Assembly (NCBI GenBank): GCA_963702025.1
Contig: OY969699.1
Span: 608,001-672,000, forward strand
Reading direction: 5' to 3'
DNA: 64,000 nt
From: an uncultured bacterium
Lineage (GTDB): Bacteria > Babelota > Babeliae > Babelales > Vermiphilaceae
Below the pieces are notes generated by a model. It was given only the letters and a program-made list of their open reading frames with translations, was not told the origin of the DNA and did not search any database. Numbering within the stretch: position 1 is the stretch's first letter; each line of letters opens with the position of its first letter. Position numbers and translations under genes: made by a program. Below are positions 36,665 through 45,842 of this stretch, piece after piece.

Positions 36665-38548
36665 ATGCCGCGATTAATACAGATTTCTTTTTTTATTTTA
36701 TTTGTTCTGGGAGCATTTGGCTGTGGCGCCGTTTGCTATATTTTTTCTCATCACTCGGTTGATTTTGAGCCGCTTGCCCATTATAATCCCGGCAAGCCGT
36801 CCATTCTTCTGGATGACGAAGGGCATGAGTGGGGAAGATTTCAATTGGATTGGCGTGAACCGATACTGCTGGAAAAAATGCCTCTCCCTTTGCGTAATGC
36901 ATTTATTGCTGCTGAAGATTGGCAATTTTTTTCACATGCGGGAATTTCGTGGAAGGGGATCATTCGATCGCTTATTACCAATATTATCCATATAAAAAAA
37001 GTGCAGGGAGCCAGCACGATTACGCAGCAGCTGATCAAACTCTTATTTTTCGATTCAAATAAGACCTTTACCAGAAAAATTAAAGAACAAATTTACGCGG
37101 TGCTTGCCGAACGGCAATTCACTAAAGAGCAGATTTTACAGACCTATTTAAATCACGTTTATTTTGGTCATGGTATTTATGGTGTTGAAGCAGCGAGTCA
37201 GCGCTTTTGGGGCAAGCACGCGCAGGAATTAACTATCGATGAATCAGCCACCTTGGCAGCGGTGATTCGCTCACCGGGCAATTACACTCCCATTTTATAT
37301 CCGTTATCGGCGCAACGGCGGCGTAATATTATTCTTGGATCCATGAAAAGGTTGGGTTTTATCACTAGTGAAGAATATGAGCAGGCGATTGCGGTGAGCG
37401 TTCAGGTAAAAGAAATTGAAACCACATCATTTGCACCACACTTAAAAGAACTCATTCGCATGCAACTGGAAGATGAGCTGGGCAAAGAACAATTGTATAA
37501 GGGCGGTCTTGTTATTCAAACAACCGTTAATCGTGCCATGCAAGAGCAGGCCCAAAAAGCTTTTAATAAACAGATGCTGGAACTTAAAAAAGAGATTAAT
37601 CCGCAGGTTGACGGCGCGTTGATCACCATGGAAAGTGCAACGGGGAAAGTAAAAGCACTGGTGGGCGGTTTCGATTTTAATCAATCAAAATTTAACCGTG
37701 CGTGGCATACTAAGCGGCAAATGGGCTCCGTATTTAAACCATTACTTTATGCTATTGCCGCGGCGCAAGGCATTAGTTTTGCAAGCACCGAAATTGATGA
37801 GCCGATTACCATCGCGCAACACAATGCCTTGTGGCAACCGAACAATTATAATAATAGATTTGAAGGGCAAATGTCATTAGCTTATGCGCTGCTGCGATCA
37901 AATAATATTATTTCGATTAAAACATTACTCAAAACGGGCGCACAACCGGTTGCCGCATTAGCCAAAGCGTGTCACATTTCTGAGCCTGTTTATCCTTATC
38001 CCTCATTGGCCCTGGGCTGCGTTGACGCATCATTAAAAGAGGTAATAGGAATGTTTAATATTTTTGCAAACCGCGGAATATATGTAGAGCCGCAGGTAAT
38101 CTCTTGGGTCAAAGATAGCTGGGGCGCTAAACTCTACAAATCAAATACTGTGCAAGAACGGCTGATACCCGGGATAATTACCGGTAAAGTTACCAAAGTA
38201 CTTGAACTTGGCATCAAGCGGTGGCGCAAGGCATATAATGAAGAGCTGGTGAGTGATGACGTGATATGCAAAACGGGCACCACCAATGATTGCCGCACCT
38301 GTTGGTTTGCGGGTGCTACGCCGGAATTGACCACGGCAGTTTATGTTGGTTGTGATGACAACCGCTCAATGGGTGATGTCTATCCCATTCATACCGCCTT
38401 TCCTATTTGGTTGGGATTGCATAAATCTCTGCCGCCGACCGGTAAAAAATTTGTCTACGATTCTTCTTTGCGAACTATCTTTATTAATCAGTGGACGGGT
38501 CAATTAACTGATCGTAATGATCCGGATGGCATCGAAATATTTGCATAA
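36665..38548 (+). CDS. Class A penicillin-binding protein (PBP1A family)
   Basis: AEDWQFFSH, GASTITQQL, RKIKE; transpeptidase SVFK, SNN, KTGT. Confidence 0.95.
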   Translation: MPRLIQISFFILFVLGAFGCGAVCYIFSHHSVDFEPLAHYNPGKPSILLDDEGHEWGRFQLDWREPILLEKMPLPLRNAFIAAEDWQFFSHAGISWKGIIRSLITNIIHIKKVQGASTITQQLIKLLFFDSNKTFTRKIKEQIYAVLAERQFTKEQILQTYLNHVYFGHGIYGVEAASQRFWGKHAQELTIDESATLAAVIRSPGNYTPILYPLSAQRRRNIILGSMKRLGFITSEEYEQAIAVSVQVKEIETTSFAPHLKELIRMQLEDELGKEQLYKGGLVIQTTVNRAMQEQAQKAFNKQMLELKKEINPQVDGALITMESATGKVKALVGGFDFNQSKFNRAWHTKRQMGSVFKPLLYAIAAAQGISFASTEIDEPITIAQHNALWQPNNYNNRFEGQMSLAYALLRSNNIISIKTLLKTGAQPVAALAKACHISEPVYPYPSLALGCVDASLKEVIGMFNIFANRGIYVEPQVISWVKDSWGAKLYKSNTVQERLIPGIITGKVTKVLELGIKRWRKAYNEELVSDDVICKTGTTNDCRTCWFAGATPELTTAVYVGCDDNRSMGDVYPIHTAFPIWLGLHKSLPPTGKKFVYDSSLRTIFINQWTGQLTDRNDPDGIEIFA

Positions 38549-38551
38549 AAA

Positions 38552-38575
38552 AAGGCAGCCGTTGCCGACTGCCTT
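38552..38575. terminator. Hairpin between convergent genes
   Basis: aaggcagccg-ttgc-cgactgcctt preceded by an A run. Confidence 0.55.
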
Positions 38576-39487
38576 GAAATAAGTAGAGGTTTTAGATTAG
38601 CTATTTAAAAAGTTTAAAACGATTGAATCAAAGTTGCTCACTTCCGGAAGCTGACTGCTTTCTAAACTGCCATATTGATGTTTAGTGACTGCTTGTTGGG
38701 CATAGGTCTTAGAATTATTTACCGCTTTTTTTACTTCTTCTCGTAACGGTTGCAGTTGTTCTCCAATTGCTTTTTTTTGTTCTTTCATTTGTTGTAAAAA
38801 AGCTGGCGCATTTTTGGGTGAATAATCATTATTAAATTTAACAACTGTTTGATGAGCGCCTCTCATTGATTCCCTTGCTTTGCAGAAATCTGAGTTATTG
38901 TTCATCAGTGCATCAATATCACCTAATGTTCTTAAGCCATTATCAAAAGCGTTTTCTAGTTCCTTGAGCTCAACTTTGGTTTGTATGAGTTCTTTCTCTT
39001 CTTGATTTAATTCAATAACACTGCCATTGAGCGAGCTTGGTTCGCTGATAGCATTATTATTTTCTTCTTGAACAAGTGCTAACTGCATTCTTGGTTCTGC
39101 TTGCAATCGATTTTGTGGAGCTTCAGGTTCTTGAGAAAGCTGAGCAATTTGTTTCTTCAATTCTTCATTTTCTTTGTTTGCCTTAGCCAAATTGCTTTGA
39201 AGCATTGAGATAGTGTCAGCCTGAGTCTTGAATTGAATAGAAGTTAGTTTTGAACGGTTTTCACTTTCTTTTCGCATGAGTTCATTTTCATATTGAGCAT
39301 TGGCAAGCTGATTTGTTAAGAGAATAATAGTTCCTTCGTTTCTTATAAGCTGATCTCCTAACTGCTCTTTTTGCATTTGAAATTTTTGCTCACAAGTGCC
39401 ATGGACTTTGCCATAGAGCCAGTTTTTGCAGCCATCCCAACCGGTGCCGGCGGCAGACTTGATGCCTTCAACGCCATAGGTTTGATA

Positions 39488-40444
39488 TAGCGAGCTTCAC
39501 TAGGCCTCACACATTTCTCCCAATGTTTTGACTGCGGCCTCATAAAAATCTTTTATTCCCTCTGCGGCCTTTCGAATCGCATTTTTGACAGTAGCCCATC
39601 GATGTTCTATTGGGTTAAAATCTGGAGAATATGGTGGTAAAAAAATGATTCTACAACCAACTGCTTCAATGAGTTCAACTACTTTTTTAGATTTGTGGAA
39701 GCTGGCATTATCGATTACAACAACCATTCCAGGCTTTAATGCAGGAGCTAAAACTTGTTCCACGTAAGTTTCATAAGTATCAGCAGTTGAATATCCTTCA
39801 AATAAAAATGGCGCAAATAATAAATTTAAATTCAGCGCAGCGGTGATATTATAGCGCGTTATTCTCTCAGCTTTTTTTATTGCATGGCATCGCTCGCCCT
39901 CTGGCGCCCAGCCAGCATTTGGCACTTCATTATCGTCGATTCCCGTTTCATCAGAATAGACAATGAGCGCAGGATCGATATTTTCTATTTCTTCTAAAAA
40001 TTGTTTGCGTTTATCTGCATTCGCTTCGATGTAACCAAAAGTTTTTTTTTGATGTGTAACCAATTTTTTTAAGTGCTCGTTGTATCGTGATATCCGATAT
40101 GCAAACATTTGTAATTTTTTCCCACTCAATCGCCATTTTTAATGAAGTAAAATGTTGGTTTTCTTTTGCAAATTCTTTAAATTTTTCCCAATCAGTAATT
40201 TTATGACTGTGTCCATTCTGATAGCCGGATTTTGGCGCAAGGCTATTCACTTCTTGGCGCAACTTAAGCCAGTTATAAATTGCGTTTCGCCCAACTTTGA
40301 ATAATTTAGCCACATCAGTTATACGCATTCCATCATCTACTGCAGCTATTACTCGTTTTCTTAAATCTATGCCAAGTGCCATACTTTCTCCTTAAGTTTG
40401 AAGAAATCTTAGCATATCTGTTTGTTATTTAAAGAAGTTTGCTA
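39488..40444 (-). mobile_element. IS630-family insertion sequence (957 bp, TA target duplication)
   Basis: Ends TAGCgAgCTTC / TAGCaAaCTTC; TA at 39486-87 and 40445-46; split transposase. Confidence 0.92.
39500..40382 (-). CDS. IS630 transposase, two frames joined at an A9 run
   Basis: HTH ORF 40382-40011; DDE ORF with YSDETG, VIDNASFH, YSPDFNPIE; T9 on + strand at 40042-40050. Confidence 0.9.
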
Positions 40445-40779
40445 TAGGTTTTATAGCCCAGGTAACCAAGGGTAGCCACTGCAGAAAGAGCAGCAGCCTT
40501 TTTTAAGGTTGGTTTCCACCAGGGATTAGGGTGTGATTTACTTGCAAAAACGAGTGGTAAGAGTGCTACAAGCAGCATTTTATTTGATAATTTCATAGGT
40601 ATAACCTCCATCTATGATTCAATTTAAGTATAGTTTTATGATACCACAATAAGCCTGTTTGTCAATAAACGCGACGCGCCCGTCGAATTGTTACAAATAG
40701 AAAATTTGACCCAAAAGGGTTGCTTGTTTACACTAAAAGGCATTATTTAGGATTTCGCTGATAATTTTAGGAGAAAAAG

Positions 40780-41238
40780 ATGTATCTTTCACGATATAAT
40801 AGGGTTATTTTATTGAGTCTTTTGGTCACAGGTTATCAAGTAAAAGGCATGCAATCTCCCAGCAATGAGGAAAAAGAGAAAATTGAGGCTGAATTCAGTA
40901 AAGAATTTGAAAGGCTTGCGGTCCTAGTGCGCCAACGATCAGGATCTTCATTTATTGAAGGAGCTATTGGTAAAATTAAAGAGATCGCATCCAGAGGTGC
41001 CTTAACAAACGATATCTATCGCCGGGAATCAATCGCTCATCAAAGATGTCGGGTGTTAGGAATTGCTGAGGCTACTATAGATAGAGTTAAATCTGCAATT
41101 AGTGCTGAAATTGCGGTTCATGGAGCGGAATTTGCTTGGGATTCTAATGATGTTCATTCTCTGCCAATGCATTTGGAACGTGCATGCATCAATAAAAATT
41201 ATATCGAATATCATTTTGGTAACGGGATAACAAAATAG
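40780..41238 (+). CDS. Secreted hypothetical protein, paralog 1
   Basis: AGGAG SD; signal ...VKG|MQ; RVLGIAE, LERACINK. Confidence 0.75.
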   Translation: MYLSRYNRVILLSLLVTGYQVKGMQSPSNEEKEKIEAEFSKEFERLAVLVRQRSGSSFIEGAIGKIKEIASRGALTNDIYRRESIAHQRCRVLGIAEATIDRVKSAISAEIAVHGAEFAWDSNDVHSLPMHLERACINKNYIEYHFGNGITK

Positions 41239-41246
41239 GATTTCTC

Positions 41247-41672
41247 ATGATACAACTTCGTTATTGGGTACTCATAGTACCAACTATTTTTACCATGCAT
41301 GTAATGCAACCGTCTCAAGAGTATGAACAATTCGTTGAGAAAAGTGATGCTGCCATAGAAAAGCTTGAATTTTATGTACGCAGGTATGGAATATATTCGG
41401 CAATTGAAAGCGAGATAGCTACTGTCAAAGCTATTTCTAGCAAAAACCCACAATTTAATGAAATGGATCGAGCTCGCAGAATGAGTGCGCGCCGGCGGTT
41501 ATTAGGTATAGCCGAGGCAATAAAAATCGTGGCTCAGGTAGAAATGCAAATCAACGAAGGTTTGGGGGAACAAAAAATTTTGCTCGAACGGTTAGAACGT
41601 GCTTGCATTAATAAACGGTGTATCAAAAAATTGTTTTTTGCAAAAGATGGTAAAAAACCGGTAAAGTCATAA
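41247..41672 (+). CDS. Secreted hypothetical protein, paralog 2
   Basis: RLLGIAE, LERACINK shared with 40780. Confidence 0.75.
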   Translation: MIQLRYWVLIVPTIFTMHVMQPSQEYEQFVEKSDAAIEKLEFYVRRYGIYSAIESEIATVKAISSKNPQFNEMDRARRMSARRRLLGIAEAIKIVAQVEMQINEGLGEQKILLERLERACINKRCIKKLFFAKDGKKPVKS

Positions 41673-41687
41673 AATAAATATACAAAA

Positions 41688-41782
41688 GATCCTTCGATAC
41701 GCAGTAAACTGCTACTCAGGACGAACGGGGATAGATAGGTCCGTTCGTGGTGAGTAACGAGCGAAGCGAGTGTATCGAACCA
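41688..41782. repeat. Family A palindromic doublet
   Basis: gatccttcgatacg...ctactcaggacgaacgg...ccgttcgtggtgagt...gtatcgaacca. Confidence 0.85.
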
Positions 41783-41901
41783 GGTTTAACCATTTCAAAA
41801 ATATTGAATTTCACAATCTAACTTCCTTTAAATAATTTTCTAGCAATTGTTTGCCATTTTTGGCTAAGGTAAAAATAAAAAGTTATCTAAGGGGGAATTT
41901 T

Positions 41902-42315
41902 ATGAAAAATCATATGACGCCCAGCCAAGTGCAAGCCTGTCGCCGTTGCATAGATCTTTGTGAACAAGGGATCGATATTTGTCAGAAGCTTATCGATATG
42001 TGCAGCATTAGTCTCACCAAAGAATGTGCTGCTAATTGTGGCAAATGTGTTAGAATCTGCACTCAAATTCAAGCCGCTTGCCAAGAATGCATCGAAGAAT
42101 GTAAACGGCATCTTCAAGTATGTGATAGCCAAGCATGTAAAAAAGCATGTCATGATTGCATAAAGGCGTGCCAAGACTGCAGTAAACAGTGTACCGAATC
42201 TATCCCTGCATGCCGTGCGGAAGATGTTAAGTGCATCAAAGAATGCTTAAAATGTATTGAGCGGTTTAATGCCTGCGCGCAAGCATGTCAAAAGTGTATC
42301 GGCTTTTCTCAATAA
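41902..42315 (+). CDS. Cys-rich four-helix-bundle metal storage protein (Csp3/DUF326-like)
   Basis: 26 Cys in 137 aa in CxxC/CxxxC helical spacing; no signal peptide; AGGGGG SD. Confidence 0.75.
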   Translation: MKNHMTPSQVQACRRCIDLCEQGIDICQKLIDMCSISLTKECAANCGKCVRICTQIQAACQECIEECKRHLQVCDSQACKKACHDCIKACQDCSKQCTESIPACRAEDVKCIKECLKCIERFNACAQACQKCIGFSQ

Positions 42316-42341
42316 GTTATTACTGCATTAGCGATGCGACT

Positions 42342-42434
42342 GATCCTTCGATACGAAATCTACGATTTCTACTCAGGACGAACGGGTGAGAGTCCGCTCG
42401 TGGTGAGTGCGAACGTAGTGAGCGTATCGAACCA
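42342..42434. repeat. Family A palindromic doublet
   Basis: Same architecture and orientation as 41688. Confidence 0.85.
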
Positions 42435-42442
42435 TTTTTCTA

Positions 42443-43519
42443 TTACCGCAAGTTCAGCGAACTGGCCAATCCTTTATTGAGTACATTCTGCGGATAAATA
42501 TAACGATTTAACAAACGGAACAATATCATGTTGTCCGATTTTATCTCGTGCTCAGTGGCCATTGTCATAAGCTCAGGGTATTTTTGGCTTATTGCACGGG
42601 CATTATCTTTTTGATGCGAAGTGGAAGAGGCTTCGAGCGGAATAATAATGCATGGCTTTTTAAAAAAGAGCGATTCGAATAGAGTGCCTGCGCCGGCCCG
42701 GCAAATTACCACATCGGCGGCCGCATAGCACAATGATAAATCTTCTTTATAACTAAATACATGCGCAGGGATTTCTAAATCGTTATACAGCGATTGCCAG
42801 TTGGTGGGATCCGCGGTACCCGTCTGATGAATGATTTGTATCAAAGAATAAATATGCGGATTTAAATTGAGCCAGTCTTTAACGCAATTGTTAATAAATA
42901 CTGATCCTTGCGACCCGCCATTAATAAAAATGGTTTTTTTGCTCGGGGACAGCCGTAATTGCAATAATGCTGCTTCAGGTTTTATCAAAGCTACTTGCGG
43001 TTCAAAGCGAATAGGGTAGGGAACAAGTTCACATTTTGCCGCGGGCAGAAACTCTTTAGCTTGTTCAAAACAGATGTTGATTTTTTGTGCGTATTTTGCC
43101 AAAAATCGTGTTGCCTTACCCGGTTTTGCATCAAGATCGTATAAATGAATGGGAATATGCAAAACGCGCGCGGCTAAGCAGACGGGTATTGATATATATC
43201 CGCCCATGCCAATCATTTTTTCAGGCCTATTTGCCCGCAGCGCCGAAAGACTCTTAAAGAAGGCGCGCGTAAAAAAAATGAGAAAAAAGAATATTTTGAA
43301 GATATTAAAAAATGGCACATTGCCCAGCTTTAACGGAATATGTCTGGTGATAAATGTTCCGTGCTTTTTAATGATGGCAGCATCCAGCGGATAGTGCGTG
43401 GTAAAAAACAGAATTTGAAGATTCGGATCTGCTGCTTTATAGGATTGAGCGAGGGTGAGGGCAGGGATAATATGCCCGCCCGATCGGCCAGCTACAAAAG
43501 CAATAGTTTGCTTATTCAT
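42443..43519 (-). CDS. murG: Lipid II GlcNAc transferase
   Basis: GRSGGHIIPA, GMGGYISIP, GGSQGS, HQTG, RAGAGT, HQKDNA. Confidence 0.93.
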   Translation of the reverse strand: MNKQTIAFVAGRSGGHIIPALTLAQSYKAADPNLQILFFTTHYPLDAAIIKKHGTFITRHIPLKLGNVPFFNIFKIFFFLIFFTRAFFKSLSALRANRPEKMIGMGGYISIPVCLAARVLHIPIHLYDLDAKPGKATRFLAKYAQKINICFEQAKEFLPAAKCELVPYPIRFEPQVALIKPEAALLQLRLSPSKKTIFINGGSQGSVFINNCVKDWLNLNPHIYSLIQIIHQTGTADPTNWQSLYNDLEIPAHVFSYKEDLSLCYAAADVVICRAGAGTLFESLFFKKPCIIIPLEASSTSHQKDNARAISQKYPELMTMATEHEIKSDNMILFRLLNRYIYPQNVLNKGLASSLNLR

Positions 43520-43537
43520 AACAATTTTCTCAGGTTA

Positions 43538-45082
43538 TTATTTTTTAGTGGTCCATTGGGAAAGTAATAGTTCGGCTTTTTGTTTTTCATGATCATTTTT
43601 TGCAACATAAATTGAAGCTTGGATAGATTTAACGGCTGCTTGCATATCCCCTTTTTTGGCATAACATTTTCCTAGGTGGTGCAAAATAGTGTAATCGGTT
43701 GGACACGATTGGGCAATTTTTTGCAAAATTTTGAGTGCCTCATCATATTTTTCTTCTTGGTAATAAATAAATGCTTGTGTGTCTAAAAAATGAGGATTTT
43801 CGCTATCCTGTTTAAGGGATTGCGCAATATGCTCCTTTGCCTTGGCAAGATTATTCTTTTTTGACGCATAATAATAGGCTAACAAATTATTAAGCGGTGG
43901 ATAATCCGGATCAAGTTTATGTGCTTGCTCCAATATTGTTTGAGTAAGTTTCCACTCTTCTTGTTCATAATACAATATACCGATCTGAAATTTTATTTTT
44001 GCTTTGAGCAACGGGTTGCTAATCACTTTATCTGCCTTTTTTAAAAGTTCAAGACTCAGTATCGAATCATTATTGCGTAAGGCTAAGTCCGCTTGATAAA
44101 GTGCAAGCAGTGGGCTGGAACCTTTTTGTTTTTCTATGATATGCAACATATCGAGTGCCTTTTTATATGGCGTGCCAACAAAGCAAATGAGATGCACTAT
44201 TTTGAGCCATAATTCTGGATTTTTATCGCTGATTATCCAATCGCCTAGTAATTGGAGAGCACGGTCAAACTCTTTTTTTTGAACTAGCTCTTCTATGGTG
44301 CTCATGCGAGATTCAGTACTGTCTTCTTTGATAAATGTTTTTTGTTGCAGCAGTTTTTGACGGAATGCGAGCGTGGTTACATGTCGTTCAATTTCCGCAT
44401 TCGTTTCGGGTGTGATTTCTAAAAAGGTGGTATAGCTTTGCAATGCTTCGGATAATTTGCCTGCTTGTTCTTGCAAAATGGCGTAAAAAAGCCAGCTTTT
44501 ATCAAATTTTGGATATGCTTCGATCGATTTTTGAATAGCAGCCAGCGCTTCTGGACGCTTATTGAGTTGCAGGTAAATTTGTGCCGCCATAAAATGAAAA
44601 ATATAATTATTCGGTCTGCGGGGAGCATTATTGAGAAAACTGCGCAGTGTCGCCAGTGCATTTTCTAATTCTGCCCGCTCCATGTACATTTGAGTTACTT
44701 TGAAGGTAAGTTCTTGATCGGTTTTATATTGTTCGGCTAAGAGCACAAGCCGGCTGCGCGCATCATTTTTTCTACCAACATTTTCGAGCGCCACGGCGAA
44801 AGCCATCTGAATTTCGCGATTTGCTTTAAAGAATTCATCGAGCTGAGGAATAAGGTTCACAATTTCATGATATGATTTATTTGCAGCCAGAAAGGGGATA
44901 TAGCCTAAATAGACATATTTATAATCAGATTCGGGACTAATTTTTTTATACCATTCGGCCGCTTTGGCAAGTTGGTCACCAAAGTGATAATAATTGGCAA
45001 GAAAATAACGGTGAAGATTTTGTATCGATTCATTCGCTTGTATGCCGTAAAAAGATAGCAACAACAATAATAATTTTTTCAT
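43538..45082 (-). CDS. Secreted tetratricopeptide-repeat protein
   Basis: GGAG SD, signal ...IQA|NE, TPR patterns (LNNLLAYYYA, HFLDTQAFIYY, ILHHLGKCY). Confidence 0.85.
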   Translation of the reverse strand: MKKLLLLLLSFYGIQANESIQNLHRYFLANYYHFGDQLAKAAEWYKKISPESDYKYVYLGYIPFLAANKSYHEIVNLIPQLDEFFKANREIQMAFAVALENVGRKNDARSRLVLLAEQYKTDQELTFKVTQMYMERAELENALATLRSFLNNAPRRPNNYIFHFMAAQIYLQLNKRPEALAAIQKSIEAYPKFDKSWLFYAILQEQAGKLSEALQSYTTFLEITPETNAEIERHVTTLAFRQKLLQQKTFIKEDSTESRMSTIEELVQKKEFDRALQLLGDWIISDKNPELWLKIVHLICFVGTPYKKALDMLHIIEKQKGSSPLLALYQADLALRNNDSILSLELLKKADKVISNPLLKAKIKFQIGILYYEQEEWKLTQTILEQAHKLDPDYPPLNNLLAYYYASKKNNLAKAKEHIAQSLKQDSENPHFLDTQAFIYYQEEKYDEALKILQKIAQSCPTDYTILHHLGKCYAKKGDMQAAVKSIQASIYVAKNDHEKQKAELLLSQWTTKK

Positions 45083-45180
45083 AGCTACTCCAAAAAAATT
45101 AGGGATTAATTTTAGAATAGTTTTTTTGGATGCTAAAGATCCAGAATTATTCAAAGTTAGCCGAAGATAATATATTTATA

Positions 45181-45336
45181 CATGGTGAGTGGCCCGAAGG
45201 GCCGTATCCGGCCTTCGTAGCCCCCTTCGTATAAGCAAAATATGCTATGCATAGGACTACGGCGGAGTAGGCTCGAACCATATTCGAATATCCTTCGATA
45301 CAAAAATCTTCGATTTTTTACTCAGGATGTGTAACT
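45181..45336. repeat. Family A element with nested 66-bp family B insert
   Basis: Matches 5419 except for the insert at 45209-45274 with a TC duplication. Confidence 0.85.
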
Positions 45337-45348
45337 TCGTAATTTAGC

Positions 45349-45780
45349 TTATCGTTCTCGATAAATACGCATTAAATAGTCTTGCAACACCGCCGCAAGC
45401 TGTTCATCTTTTATCGATGCGAGCGCCTGTTTTTCCTGCAGGCTCAGTTGAATATTTTTGAGCAAACATGCTCGTTTCAGGCTATTTTTTTGTATCTTTT
45501 TTTCCGGTGGAGCGGCCGACTTGAAACGTAAATGTTTGATGCGCGGTGAATCTAACTTTTCATTAATCTTTTTGAGCAATAATGGCGAAAGAAGATACAA
45601 TTCTTGTATCCAGCAACTATCAAGTACACCGATTACGAGTGTATCTTCGTAGATTTTAAGTAGCTGCACTTTTGTTTGCATGGTGCCCATAATCTGTTGC
45701 CAGTTATTAAGCAATTGCAGCTGCCAATTGTTTTGTTGACTGAGTAAAGTATCTAAAATATTTTTTACCGGTATTGCCAT
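45349..45780 (-). CDS. dciA: DUF721/DciA family protein
   Basis: NWQQIMG, LVIGVLDSCWIQEL, LLKKINE..IKHLRF. Confidence 0.75.
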   Translation of the reverse strand: MAIPVKNILDTLLSQQNNWQLQLLNNWQQIMGTMQTKVQLLKIYEDTLVIGVLDSCWIQELYLLSPLLLKKINEKLDSPRIKHLRFKSAAPPEKKIQKNSLKRACLLKNIQLSLQEKQALASIKDEQLAAVLQDYLMRIYRER

Positions 45781-45842
45781 AGTAATAGATAAGTATGTGC
45801 TTTAAAAAAAAATTTGTTAGTGTTTTTTTGTAAAAAAGTCCT

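Larger units (their letters stand above)
38597..40596 (-). pseudogene. Secreted coiled-coil protein gene (346 aa reconstituted) interrupted by IS630
   Basis: Removing the IS and one TA joins MKLSNK...GYKTY in frame to QTYGVEG...KFQMQKEQLG. Confidence 0.85.

Noticed and set aside
35850..36665. Flanking direct repeat around the first MNT-HEPN pair, the 764 gene and the 33177 pair
   Set aside because: Looked for and not found, so the duplication pattern does not apply to every insert
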